DNA of 64,000 nucleotides, from NCBI RefSeq assembly GCF_009914755.1, contig NC_060939.1. One strand, given 5' to 3'. The stretch is from the human T2T-CHM13v2.0 reference genome, Homo sapiens. The number at the start of each line of letters is the position of its first letter. Positions within the stretch are counted from its first letter, which is position 1. The notes beneath the pieces were generated by a model. The model saw only the letters and a program-made list of their open reading frames with translations, was not told the origin of the DNA and searched no databases. Positions 28,606 through 42,008 of this stretch are shown in pieces. A program made the position numbers and the translations under genes.

Positions 28606-28896
28606 GATAGCTTCTTTTGCTATGCAGAAGCTCTTAAGTGGATCCCATTTGCCAATTTTTGCTTTTGTTTTGATTGCTTTTGGCATCTTTGTCATGAAAT
28701 CTTTGCCAGTTCCTATGTCCAGAATGGTGTTACATAGGTTGTCTTCCAGGGTTTTGGCAGTTTGGGGTTTTACATTTAAGTCTTTAATCCATCTTGAGTT
28801 GATTTTTTATATGGTATAAGGAAGGAGTTCAGTTTCAATCTTTGCATATGGCTAGCCAGTTATGGCAGCAACATTTATTGACTAGGGAGTTCTTTC
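28606..28896 (-). mobile_element. Internal L1 ORF2 fragment abutting the Alu
   Basis: tcttttgctatgcagaagctctt...tttacatttaagtctttaatccatcttgag...atggctagccag; homologous to ~44500-44800. Confidence 0.9.
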
Positions 28897-29095
28897 AGTT
28901 CTGTGATAGTTCATTTGCTCTTCAACCATTTCCTGGTGAAAACAGCCAATAAGGAAGTCAGAAAAGGACTGCCAGCTGCAAGAAGTGACTTCTGACATCC
29001 AGAGGAGGGACGGCAGAGACCTTCTGGTAGTTGGAACTACTTAATATAGAGGGTGGCAATCTCTCACACCTCAGAATGTCTCTGAGTCATCTAGA

Positions 29096-29339
29096 GCAAG
29101 AGTCAGCAAGTTATAGCCCATGGGCCAAATCTAGCAAGTAAACCAAATCTAGCATGTGAGCCTAATCCACCTGCCGTCTGTTTGTGTAAATAAAGTTTTA
29201 TTAGAACATAGCCATAAGTCATCCATGGCTGTTCTCACGCTGCAACAATCCAGCAGAGTGGCTGCAACAGAGACCATATGACTGCAATGCCTGAGGTATT
29301 TACTCTCTGGCTCTTTACAAAAGAAGCTTGCTGACCCAC
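29096..29339. mobile_element. MER58A-like element
   Basis: atagcccatgggccaaatc...tgtaaataaagttttattagaacatagcc...tttactctctggctctttacaaaagaagcttgctgacc. Confidence 0.8.
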
Positions 29340-29346
29340 AATGTAG

Positions 29347-29505
29347 AGCAGCACCTTTCAAACCTGAATGTGCATAGGAATCACCTGAGAATGCTGTTAA
29401 ACTGCAGATTCTGATTCAGTAGCCCTGGGAAGCGGTGCAAGACTTCTAAAATGCCCCAGACGATGCCTGCACTGCTGGTCCATGGACCACACTTTGAGTA
29501 ACAGG
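29347..29505. mobile_element. MER5A-like element
   Basis: gaatcacctgag...tgcagattctgattcagtag...gctggtccatggaccacactttgagt. Confidence 0.8.
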
Positions 29506-29533
29506 GGGCCAGAGAAAATAAACTAAGGCTTAT

Positions 29534-29921
29534 TGTAAGATTCTCCCCGGGGGCCTGAAAGCTTAAGGAGATGAATAACTCCTCCCTTCTCAGGCCCAGT
29601 CCCAAGGCACAAGGCTACTTGCACCAGCAGTGTGCTCCAGCAAAATAGCAGAAGCAGGAAGAGAGCCAGCCGGAAGACACGTACCCCTGAAAATCAAGAA
29701 AGAGGCCATCCGGGTACAACATAGCAGTAATGTCAGACTAGGACACTTCCTGTTTACAGGAGACTATAAAACTTTCGCCCTGTCCTCACTTGGGGCTGAC
29801 GCCATTTTAGGCCTCAGCCCGCCTGCACCCTGGTGCTCATTAAAACAGCATGTTGCTCCACACCGCCTCCTGTTGTCTGTTGGCACACTCTCAGGGTTCG
29901 AACCAGTACAAGAACCTTACA
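29534..29921 (+). mobile_element. ERV1 solo LTR, MER48-like
   Basis: TGTAAG...CTTACA inverted termini, 388 bp, TSD cttat/cttac, TATAAAA 29765-29771, ATTAAA 29839-29844; sequence recognised as MER48. Confidence 0.85.
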
Positions 29922-32429
29922 CTTACTAGTCTTGATTTTTTTAAAAACTGAGAATTATAAAATATACTTTAGAAGGATTCCTATCCAAAAAGCTAAAATA
30001 AAAATGCATAGGGTTTTAGAGGAAAATTCTGATGAAAGAATGGGAGAGAGAGAATTATTATAACTAAATTCGATGAATGAATTAATGAGTATCAAGATCT
30101 ATGCTCAGACCCTTGCTGTAAGATGGCTCCATCAAAGGCCTGCCCCCCAGTGGAGTTTCTGCCTCAAGAACACTAGTATTCTTTCAGGTTGTCAGGCCAG
30201 GAACCTTGGTCTTCCTTACTCCACCTTTGGTAGAACATCCATCTTCAGTCCAGTTGGCCATTCCTTCAGCGTGATGTTGGTGGGCCCTTGCCCTCCATTC
30301 TAATTTCATCTCTCTGGTCCAGGCCTCCATCACTTTGTGCCCATCTTAATGCAGTTGTCTGTGTGTGTCCCAGTCTCCAGTCTCTTCCATCTCCAGTCCA
30401 TTGCCTGTGTTTGCCAGACATCTTCTGAAAAGAGCTCTTCAGCCTGCCATTTCCCACTCAAGAGTCTTCGGATTTAAGATCCCACACTTTCGTTGCCAGC
30501 CTTTTCTCTCATCATCTCGTCCCACTCACCCAGTCAGTCCTCTCAGCCGTCCCTGGAGATGGCCCAGTGATAGCTAAGAAGCCTATATATTCCCCAATGT
30601 TGTAACTCATTTACACAGATTTTAAAGCATTTTTCTTGAACATTTTGGAAATACAAGATCTGAATATTTCACCCACCTTTTTTTTTTGATGTTCCAAAAA
30701 AATTTTAAGAAATGAAATCATGCCTTAACAACATGGCAGAAACTTGCACATAAGAGCACAGTAAATATGCAGTCAGCCTGCATCTCTGGGTCCACCCTTC
30801 TTGTGTTTCTCAACAGTCATTGTTTTTGTTAATGTTGGATCACTGCTTCTTGTACTTAAACTAGTTGTTTAGGTAAGTACCCTCTTGCAAAGGCTTAGAG
30901 GTGCCATCTTGTGGAGAAAAATGCAAACAGGTACATTTGGCTGTGTGTTAAGGAAATGACAAAGATGCCGGCGTGAATCTCCATCATTGCCTTCTGGCCA
31001 TGGGGACGGTCCCGTGAGAGCCTTCTGGGGACCTGCATTGGTAGACACAGGCCATCTGCGCTCAGGAGGCCCTGTAAATCAGGCCAGTGTGCAAGCAACC
31101 TCCATCCTGGATCAGAGTTCATCAACCCAACTCACTATTGCCTTTTTGCTGATAATCTAGCCTCCAGAACTCTGCCTTATAGGGTGTAGGCAGTGTCTCT
31201 CTGCTCCATTCTGCAAGGAACTTCCTAGTCTTGACCCCTTATCAGCCCCAAACCACAGCTTCTAACAGACCCATCCCACGTGGTTTTTTCCTGCTGCCAG
31301 CCCCTCCTGAGACACTAAAAAATTACAATAAAATCTGGCCAGACATATTATGATCTCTTTAAACACAATTCACCATACGGCTCTACACATTAAAAGTAAA
31401 GTGAAAGTCTAGAGGTTTCTAGTATTCTATACAAAAATATGGTTACCTTACTTTTATAATAGAGCAATTATCACTGTCAAAAGCTATTTCAGGCCTCTCT
31501 CCTCCTTCCCCCATTTCAATCCATGGAGGAGGAAAATTATGAAAGTAAAGCATTAGAATTTTAGAGTTTGGGATATCCCCACCCTCCAGAGAACGATGAC
31601 CCTTGTTGGAATTGGGGGAGGTGGTAATTATCTTACAGAATATGATATGTTTACCTCTCGGGACTCCTTTCTTCAGATTTGTAAACATAGCTGCAGTTGG
31701 TTCTTACCCAGTTTTATCCTACAAGAGCGCCAACATTTTCTTCCAGTTGAGTCCCTTGATAAGATGCTATCCTATTATGAACTAGGATGAGGTACTGAAA
31801 AGTGACAGCCATAAGCTCGATTAAAACCAGATCGCTCGTTTTACAATTGCTTTCATTTAGGAAGCCAAAATACCTTTTATGCCATGGACCATTTCTTCTC
31901 TTCAAATGAATGGCATTGTCAATTTGATCTTCATTGATTCCTGTTTCCAATTTAATTTTGTGTATATACAGCAAATTTCCCTCCCTTTAAACATGGCAGG
32001 ATTCTTCATATCAGGGCTGTATCTCTTTTTAAAAGAAAAATTTTGGCACCAGAAGGGACCTTAGAGATGAGCCAGTTCGAAGAGCAGGTTGGTCCCGTAA
32101 CTTTGATCTTTTGATTCTTCAACCAGCTGCTCTTTCATTCAACAAACGCTTATTAAACACCTACCAAGTCCCAGGTACTGTGCTCTTTGCAATACATAAT
32201 GATACTCCTGCTGAAGCTAAGCCAAGAGGCAATCTTAAAGAACTCGAGAAGGTTTGATAGCAGTAAGGAACTATTTTTGGAAACTGGATAATTAAGTGTT
32301 CTTTGCTTATTAGCTTCTCTGACATTTACAAAGGCTGTTTCTGCACTTCTGTGGAACTACCATCATTTTAAAGCTTTCTGGGGAATCTGTCATGTGCTCC
32401 TCAGTGTCCCATGAGCTTTGGAATAAAGA

Positions 32430-32644
32430 GCAGTGATTCTCAACTGAGGGTGATTTTGCTCCCATGGGGAACATTTGGCAATGTCTGGAGACATTTTTGT
32501 TTGTCACACTGAGAGGGATGCTCCTGGCATCTGGTGGGTAGAAGCCAAGGATGCTGCTAAACATCCTACAATGCATAAGGCAACCCCCATAAGAAAGACC
32601 TTTCAGGACCAAAACATCAGTAGAGCTGGAGTTGAGAAGCCCTC
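32430..32644. mobile_element. MER20, near full length
   Basis: cagtgattctcaac...catttggcaatgtctggagacattttt...gatgctgctaaacatcctacaatgca...gttgagaagccct. Confidence 0.9.
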
Positions 32645-33034
32645 ACCTTGAGGAAGAAGAGCAGGCAGGAGGATGAGAAGCTAGGTTTCTAAACCCTGAC
32701 AGTCCTTCAACCAAAGCAGTTCTGCTCTTCTCATTTTGCATAGTGGAGCTTTGGATTTCCACATGAGATTTTATTTTTGAAGTATATTTTTTTCTACTTA
32801 AAAAAGTTGAAGACTACTGTGGTAGAAGACAACTCTCTGCCTTCTGTTTTACAATTGAGTCACTTTGGAACAAATCAAGTGGGTGTATATGATACAGGAT
32901 GAGGGCAGTCAGGGGTAGATTTGGAAGCGTCTACCTGAGCCTTGGTTTTGGCTGCACAGGACTCTGCCCATCTCCCTCTCGACATTTACAAACAATATTG
33001 AAGTGATTTGATTGTGTCTGACTTTCAATTTAGA

Positions 33035-33258
33035 CCAGGGATTGGCAATTTTTTTCTGTAAAGGGCCAGATCTAAATATTTTAGGCTTTGTAGACTTTCC
33101 TGTTTGTGTTGCAACTACTTAATCTGCTGTTGCAGCACAAAAGCAGCCATAGACAATAACTAAACAAATGGGAGTGTTTGTGTTCTAATAAATCTTTATT
33201 TATAAAAACAGGTTGTGAGCCAGATTTGGCCTACTAGCTACAGTTTGCTGACCCCTGA
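33035..33258. mobile_element. MER58A-like element
   Basis: tttctgtaaagggccaga...aaatattttaggctttg...cagtttgctgacccctg. Confidence 0.85.
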
Positions 33259-35279
33259 TTTAGACTGTAAATAGGAACCTTGTTTGTTTTACCTTCATGT
33301 CTCCGCTGCCTACCACTGAATTGGCACATAGTTGAAGTTGGCTCAGGAAACATTTACTGAACTATATCGAAGGTCAGTTTTACAGGCATAAGTGTTAGAA
33401 GATTTTAATGAGAATAACAACTGGAAAAAGATCCACCCAGAATAGATTAACTGTTTCCTTATGTTGAACATTTGGGATGTTTCCAATTTTTTATTAACAA
33501 TACTGTGATGAGACCTTCATACAGAAACTGTTGGCCTGATTTCTTATTTCCTAGCATAAATTCCTAGAAGAAGAATTTACTGGATCAAACGGTCTATATT
33601 GCTAAATTGCTTTCCAGGAAGGTGGTATTGATCTACATGCCTAACAGTAATAACAGGAAGATATTTATCATATACAAAGGATTTCTTTCAACAGAATGTC
33701 ATGAATAAACGTTTTGGCATCCATATGCATTTCCACGAATTAGCTTACCGTAAATATAAGTAAATTGGTGTCAGCTACTAATCATTTTAATATTCTCCCA
33801 TACTGTTCTACCAGCATGATTATTAAGGCACGCTGTTTTACCTGTGGGGGTCATCTAGCCAAACAGTTGAGGTTACCCTATCTCATGTGTTTACTGAGCA
33901 CACACAGACACATCTGCTTCCCATTAGGGAATCAGGACCTCCACTATCTGAATGCCTGGCACCAGCCTACCCTGCCGTGAAGGACAGAGGCCTCCTCCCT
34001 GTGAAATTCACCTCCAAATATGTCATCCAGATTGCTCATTTCCCTCAGGAAATTTCATTCAGGTTAATTTTGGCACACAATTGGGGGTAATTCTTGAGCA
34101 ATTTCTCCTGTGATGGCTTGCGATGTGTAAAATTTTCCTACAACGTGTTGCAGAAATCACTGGAAAAAATACAAAGGACATCTGATGGTTATCCACTGGT
34201 CTTTGTAACAGCAAGAAATATCTATTTTGAACAGCAGTACACGATGAGCAAGAAACATAAAATAAAGGTAGATCAGAGAGTAGATGTTCTTTCTGGCCTT
34301 TTTCGACAGGTACTGTTTGAGCAGTGAGAATGTAGAAGCTGTATGAGGTGTCTTGACTTTATGGTGAACCTTGGCCGATTTTGTTTTGTTTTGTTTTTTG
34401 CACTTCAAAGTTTTCTGAATTTCACCAAATGAAGAAGAAAATATTTCTGACTAAGAAGTAGTAGAAAGTGTTACAGAAGTACGGGTGGGTCCGGGTGGTT
34501 GTATGATGATGAGATTTACTTAAAAGTGAATAGACTTCAGACAAAATCAAATACATAAAGACAAAGATGACAAAACCCAGCATTTTCTGAGAAGCCACCA
34601 TATTGCAGAATTCTGCTAATTACATTCTATGTTTGCCTCATTTGATTTTCCCAACAGTCCTAAGGGGTAGCTGCTCCATCCCCATCCAGGCAGAAAAAAA
34701 ATCCCAGGGCTCAGAACAGCTCATCAAAATGTCCAAAGATACAGCACTCGTCAGCAGCAGAGACAGCACAAGAACGCATATTCTCCTGCCCACCCAAAGC
34801 AGTGGTGCCTCAGAAAGAGTCTAGACATAGGTCAGCACTAAGTCGTCCCTATCAGCGACCAATTGATCAGCCTCCTGATACACAAACCAGAATTCAAGCC
34901 AGATTCGTTTCTGAACACTGTCCTTGGGAAGAAGATCTGGATGGTGGTGGAAATGTTTTCAGCACCTACCTCAAAGAGAAGTGACCAATCCAGCATCACA
35001 CAACAAGCCAGGGACTGGGCCAGGACTGCACCCCAGGTTTTCTGGTTTGCAGCCCAACATTCTTTCCATTATTCCAAACTGTTTTTCCTGATAAATGACA
35101 TCAGCTAGTGATTATACCTAATGATTATACAGCTGTGTTTTGGAGGAGACTATCGGCTGCTTTAAAGAAAGTCATAGCACGTAATCTATACATGTGATAA
35201 TAGTTCATGAAACATCAAAAAAAGTGCATCTAAAAGATAACAAATACAAACAAGGCCTATTCTTAAGTTAATAGTAGTA

Positions 35280-35430
35280 TACTGCTGTCAATGGCATACA
35301 TGGTTTTGACAAAGTGCTTTGGTTATGTAAGATATTATCGTTAGGGAAAGCTGGGTGAAAGACCACCGAAACTCTCTGCGCTCATTTTAAACTTCTTATG
35401 AGTCTTACACTATTTCAAAATAAAACATTA
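35280..35430 (+). mobile_element. Old L1M 3' end fragment
   Basis: ggttatgtaagatattatcgttagggaaagctgggtgaa...tatttcaaaataaaa. Confidence 0.6.
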
Positions 35431-37089
35431 TAACAATAAGAAAGTAATGCAACAGGAAGATGGGCTAGAATATGTATTCACACACTGTGTATAAAGTATA
35501 ATGTTAAAAGAGCCAGTGTAAGAGAGATACATAATGGGGTTGGTCCCTTATAATCCTGCAAGAGGAGAAAGCCAGAGTCACTTCTAGGCCAGGCTCTCTC
35601 CAGGCTTCATGGTAACTATGCTTTGAACTTGTTCCTCTGCACCTAGGTCACTGTCACGATCTACTCCTTCAACAAAGCTAGAACCCTCAACACGACCTCC
35701 GATCCTTTGACCTCCAACTTTTACCTAATGGTTAAAAACATGGACTTTGATTTGGGGCCTTGCTTTAAATCCAAGCTCTATCTATTATTAGCATTTTAGC
35801 CTTGGGCAAATTAACCTGTCTTCTAAGTCTTAGTTTCCTATAAATTTCAGCAATCTCACAGATGGCTTTTTAGGATTAAATGGAAAAACATATATGTTTC
35901 CGAGGACCTAGAAGATAGTAAAGACTGTAAATGTTAGACATGATAATGTTGAGAAAGATGGCAAGGAGGAGGATGAGGACAATCAGAAAGGCCTGTTCAT
36001 TTTGCATCCTAAGCATCTCTCAAATCCCTTCGCGCCATCCCCAGTCCCCTCATTCAGGCTGGGATATTGCAACATCCTCCAGACTCTATGTACCCAATTG
36101 TTAATTATCGACTTTCTAAAGGAGATTTGATCCTGTCCAGCACGACATAGAGCATGCAAGCGTTCCTCATGGCCTGATAGCTTGTGATTCTCTATGTGTA
36201 TGTCTGATTGCTCCTGTTAGACTCAGATTCCCAAAGTCAGGACCTGTGTCTGATTCAGCTTGGGATTTTCCAGGCAGCCTTTTCAGTGTAGTCACTCAAC
36301 AATATCAGTGATGAAATGCATCTTTACGTGTTTCGATCTTGTCATGGCAGGTCCTTCATGTCATTCAGATCCTAGTCCAGAGGTCATTCCCCAGCCATGC
36401 CCTCCTAGACATCTAGTCCAATTCTTCCCTCATTACATCATCTGATCTTCACAACAGCCCTGTGCAGGAGAAGGGACAGTTGTCATGTGTGTAATTTGCC
36501 CTTGGCCTCAGCTAAATATTAAGGTCTTGAATATGTGTTGTCTGCCTAGTTCTCATTCTGGAGTTGTCTCTCTTGCTTTGTGAAGTAAAGGAGAGATATT
36601 TGGTAACTCCATGGGAACTCAGTCTCTTAGAGGCCTGGGTAGCCACTAGAACACTGAAGAGTGCTCCTAGTATGTTCTAAGGAAGCTATTGATCATGGCT
36701 CCCGGTAGACAGGCTGTCACCTTTAGTTCTTGGCATCCTTGTGCAGCCGCATGCTTCACTGAAACCAACCTCCAGGCTACTTCGACATCTACCAGGAAAA
36801 ACTCTTGCAGCCTTTCCTTCCCATGTCTAGATTGATCCAGAGCAACCATGCTCTGCAGGAAATCTGGTGGGGGTGTGTCCATCAAACTGTGCAGAGCATT
36901 TTCATATAATGTCTGATTCACAAGATCAAATAACATTTTGTCTGTGTCTGTGGTTATCTGAAGCTATCCATGCTAGTGTAATTTCCTTGTGATAGTTCCA
37001 TTCTAACTGGGCTGGGGCTGAGGATTAATGTGATTAATGTGACGTCTGTCCCATCTTTGGTGACTCTCATTCATTCTTGAAATATCTCT

Positions 37090-37390
37090 GACACCCTAGT
37101 TACAGGAGAGGGACTCACTGGACGGTTCATTGTCTCCACTCTAGGTAAGGCCCGCTCCACACTGCAGTCATTGTTATCACCGAAAAGCAAGTCTGAGCAT
37201 GGCTCTCCCCTTCTCCAGACATCTGGGGGTTGCTGATGCCATAGGATGAAAATCTAATTCTTCAATCTGGCAAACAAGATTCTTGACAAGTTCCGCTGAA
37301 CTCTCCAGCCTTGTATTATCCCTCCCAGCAGGCTTGCACTTCAGCCGTGTCATTCTGTGTTCTTTCCTACCTGTGTACACATTGTTCCCT
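37090..37390. mobile_element. L2 fragment
   Basis: ctccacactgcagtca...ataggatgaaatctaattcttcaatctggca resembles degraded L2. Confidence 0.45.
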
Positions 37391-38471
37391 TTAACAGAAG
37401 GACCCCTATGAGAATGAGCTCAGTCTGGACAAGTCGAGTCCAGGGGTAGCAGCAACAGACTGGAGGTTGGGAAGGGAGGGAGTGTGAGATGTCACTAGAC
37501 AGGGCAGGCAATGGGTGTTGACCACCTCTCCTGTCTACCTTCCCCCTTGATGACAGTCAGAGGCATCTCCTTGATTCAGTTGGAATCTTGCCTTGATAAC
37601 ATGGGTTCTACTATTCAAAACCCCTGTTGATGGTGACATTTTTGTTGTTGTTGTTTCAAAGCAAGGGAGAATTCAAGGGGGGTGGGGCTATGGAAATCAC
37701 ACATGGAAAACATATTCCTTATTTTTTCTGCTAAAATGTGCGTGGGGCAGGTTGAGAAGGATTTGAGGGAGGAGAAATACATAGCAAACATGACATTTGG
37801 AAAGGCTAATTGGATGTGGATGAGCATATTGAGATGATGTTCTATTACTGTCAGAGATAATGTTTTACAGAGATGCTATTTGTGAAGAGAGACCAGTCAT
37901 TATTGATGGGTCAATGTGCGCTTGGGAATATGGAAGCAATAATGCAGAAGGGCAGTGCCTGCAGAAAGGTTTCAATCAGGCATGCAGCTAGAGGGGAAGG
38001 AATGGGCACCTTTTGATTTGACTCTGCCCACAGGATTTGACCTATAGGACCTACTTGAAGAGACCCAGGGTTGCATAACAAAATCAAAAGTGGACTTTGA
38101 CTGGTTTGCTGCTCACTTTGTCCTAGAGACGTGGTCTGATTATTGCACTTAGAATTCAAGAAAGAGGACAAGCCTGTGATTTGGAGAATATGTGTCTCAA
38201 GAATTAGAATACCATTCTGATTTCAAGTATCTTTCCATATCCTCATGACCCAGTGAATAATCCTGTACTCACAATATTTCATTGTCCAAACCATAATCTA
38301 CCCACTTCCATCTGCTCATGGAAAAGTGACAGAATTCTTTGTTCAGAACATGAGTCCCAATTTTAGATTCAGGAAACATGATCCTGAGCCCTGTGAGGTC
38401 AGGAGTGGAAAGCTTCAGAAGTAGAAAAAGATTTTGTGAAGATCATTCCATTTTGTTCCAAAGTTTAATTT

Positions 38472-38756
38472 TTGGTTTTTTTAAAATAGGGCCTGCTCTG
38501 TTGCCCAGGCTGGAGTACAATGATGCAATCACTGTAGCCTCATACTCCTGACCTCAAGTGATCCTCCCACCTTAGCCTCCCTGAGTAGCTGGGACTACAG
38601 GTGTGTGCCCTCGCACCTGGTTAATTTTTTACTTTTTGTAAAGACTGGATCACACTGAGTTGCCCAGGCTGGTCTCAAAGTCCTAAGCTCAAGCAGTCCT
38701 CCTGCCTCAGCCTCCTAAAGCGCTGAGACTACAGACATGAGCCACCATGTCTGGCC
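38472..38756 (-). mobile_element. AluJ, antisense, ~820 bp upstream of the exon
   Basis: Diverged Alu body; TSD agtttaattt on both sides. Confidence 0.9.
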
Positions 38757-39573
38757 CACAGTTTAATTTGTGTATGCGACATAAAATGGTCCCAACGGAA
38801 ACATGAATGAGGAGGGAGAGATAAAGCAAAAAGATCTTAGAATGAGTAATGGGAAGATTCCTTTTGTCGGGGGAGGGAATTCAGGAAAGTCAGAATTCCT
38901 TTATACACTGATGAGACCAGCTCTACAGACAGCACTCTGTGGTTTAGCAGGTTATGATCTCGTTTGTTGATGATTCTGGCTCTTGCTTACCTTCATCCTT
39001 CTGCTCTGGGAAAAGTGCTCTGGGGTAACCAAGGAAAAGTCCTGCTTCTGAGGCCTCTAGAGCCACAGTTACCAGTAGAGGTTCAGCTCCCAAACCATTT
39101 AATTTCCTAAGAAACTGGTCCAGGGAACACTACTTTTGGAGGTACTTTGCTAAGAGTAGCATCTATAAGAAGACATGAGGGCAAACTTCAGTTTCAGATG
39201 TGGCACTTGTCATGATTCCAGAGAGATTCTTTATATAAAAATCCCAGCACAGACCATCCTCTCCCCTTCCAGAGTCCAACGGGGATTTTCAGAACAACTT
39301 CACTGTACAACCTGTTTAAGTAAATTTCTAGCACCCTACATCTTCCCTAGTCTTTTTCCCAGTGTTATTTTTCTCCTGATCATTTACCACCACCAAACAA
39401 ACTCTGTTTTATTTACTTGTCTGGTTTACCGTCTGTGGCTCCCACCCCACTCCTAGAATATACATTTCGTAAATAGATAGAAAAGAAATTTCTTGCCCAG
39501 GGATCTTCTCCCTTCCTTCCTCTGCATGCTCCTGATACATACTATGAGTCTTTTGTTTTCTGTCTTTTTGCAG

Positions 39574-39778
39574 AGCATTGGCTGTGATGACTACTTAGGC
39601 TCCGACAAAGTCGTGGACAAATGTGGGGTGTGTGGAGGAGACAACACGGGCTGTCAGGTTGTGTCGGGCGTGTTTAAGCATGCCCTCACCAGCCTGGGCT
39701 ACCACCGCGTCGTGGAGATTCCCGAGGGAGCCACGAAAATCAACATCACAGAGATGTACAAGAGCAACAACTATTTGG
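39574..39778 (+). CDS. THSD4: Internal coding exon of THSD4 / ADAMTS-like protein 6 (cysteine-rich region end, spacer start); 205 nt, phase 0 to phase 1
   Basis: Pyrimidine tract and acceptor ttttgttttctgtctttttgcAG (AG 39572-39573); donor G|GTAAGC (GT 39779-39780). Open frame SIGCDDYLGSDKVVDKCGVCGGDNTGCQVVSGVFKHALTSLGYHRVVEIPEGATKINITEMYKSNNYL carries the ADAMTS motifs GCD..LGS...DKCGVCGGD..C and GY..V..IP.GA..I, and I recognise the peptide as THSD4. GC and CpG are locally elevated. Confidence 0.93.
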
Positions 39779-40407
39779 GTAAGCTTGGTCTTTTTCCAGA
39801 GAAAACCGTCTGTCCCTGCCAGATGATGTATTCCTTCAGAACTGTGAGATAGACACAGCAGTGTCCGAGAGTCCCGGGGCATGCAGGCAGTGCCCCTGGG
39901 GAATGTCAAAGTACCACCTGGCCTGCGCCTTGAAATGAGAAGCTTGAGTGGAGAACGTTAAAAAAAAAGTCCTTCTTGCAGATAAATACTTAATATCTAT
40001 ACATTTAAACCAGCCTTTGCTTTTCCCAAGAGAAACATGGTTATAAAGTGGATAACAGCCCAAATTATTGCTCTGAGATGGGAGAAGCTCTTTGCAAAGC
40101 GCGGAGACCAGCCAGTGTTTGTTCTGTTGGGATTTGAGGTGGCCAGGGACAATTGATCCTATCTATACCTTCACTCCCTGGAGGTCTAAAGCGAAGCCAT
40201 TTTTCTCTTCTTTCTGCCTCATCTGCCTGGAGCAGCAGACCTATACATAGTAGTGTGCATGTCTTCTGAAAAGCTGTGGAATCCTCCAGCAATCATTTTG
40301 GGCAACATCATCAATACTGAGAGGCCAATTTTAACCCATTTTTCTACAAAAGATCTTTGTTGATACTTCCTTCTGGACTTTTGAGCTATTTGCATTCCAT
40401 CTGATAA

Positions 40408-40740
<333 letters not shown>

Positions 40741-40854
40741 TGAACAAATTACTTTTTATGAATTTCTAATAGATGTAAGCATGTTTAAATCAGTTAACAA
40801 TATAAGGGAGCCATTTGTTTAATGAATAGCTATATTCATTTTTATCTTTTAATT

Positions 40855-41075
40855 ATTTATTGAACAGGAACTTACCTAAAACAAACTATGTGTCAGGCAC
40901 TATTCTTAATGTGTTGCAAGCATTCAATCTTTGAATTCTCTCAACAGGGAAAAGAAGCTATTCCCATCCCCATTTTACATGTAAGAAAGCAGGCACAGAG
41001 AGATTATGTACCTTGCCAAGCTCACCATACCATAACGAGGTGGAGCTGGGGTTCAGACCAGGCAGTCTAGCTCCA
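40855..41075 (-). mobile_element. MIR SINE
   Basis: ctatgtgtcaggcact...ccccattttacatgtaagaaagcaggcacagagag. Confidence 0.7.
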
Positions 41076-42008
41076 GGTGTAGTAGCCTGTCAAGAGATGA
41101 TACCCATGGGCAGTCTCAGAACCTAAGTTCCTCTGGTGTGCCACTGGCCGTGCAGCAGTCAATGGCTGCAGCACTTGAAAGACTATTAAGTCTGCAACTT
41201 TCAAATATCAGGATCACCCACAAGTTAACTCCAGACTCGGGAACTCCATATTCTACAGCTCTTCCATCCCCATCTAGTCAAATGCAGCCAAAACTAAGTG
41301 GTTTTACGGGGGGGAGGAGGAAGGGATGGCAGATGGGACTCAGAGACAAACCCAATCAAAGAAAAACTGTTCAATTTGCTTTGACAAAACCCAGGAGCCA
41401 CCAGAGTGTCAGAAAACCTAGTTTCCCAGTGAGTGCTTTGTATATTCTTTTTAATACTGAAAAATAGTGTTTGTGTGTTTCCTCCTTTCTTTTGTACTGC
41501 TATGAGATCACATCTCCATAAACATCCTGCCTCCTAGAATGGGAAATGTTCTTCTGGGGATTATTTGAATTGTGATTGTGTTCAGATGTACCGGCAAACA
41601 ATGCCACTTTTTATTAGCTTTGTGTTGCTTTTAGTACATTTTCCCTGGCTATAGTTAGTTGTATTCAGTAAGCAGTTTTCAAGCTGTGCCCCCTGAATAA
41701 AAAATAGACATTCTGGGTGAATATCTACTGGATGTCTGAATGGAGGAAGCTCTCGGAGGCTTGTTGTTTTCATCTGGAGTATGGGAATAAGAATCTTCAC
41801 CTTATAAGTAGTCATGCGATTCAATAGGATACAGATATTTCAGACTCGGCAGAGCCCCTGACACCTATTAGGCAGTTGACAAATGTTCATTGCCTTTCTT
41901 TTGTCTCAGAGAGATTGTCAGTTTTGATTCCATCAAAATTGTGGAATAAACATTTCCTCTTTCCTTAAAAAAGATGAAGGGAAGGCAGAGGGAAAATGGA
42001 GTCAGTGA

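Noticed and set aside
39574-39778. Rolling-circle translation of a putative exon circle
   Set aside because: After the back-splice junction the frame reads GAG CAT TGG CTG TGA and stops at once.
39493-39852. 119-aa ORF as a standalone gene with a hydrophobic N-terminus
   Set aside because: It is the 205-nt exon plus intronic read-through; the apparent signal peptide is the translated pyrimidine tract.
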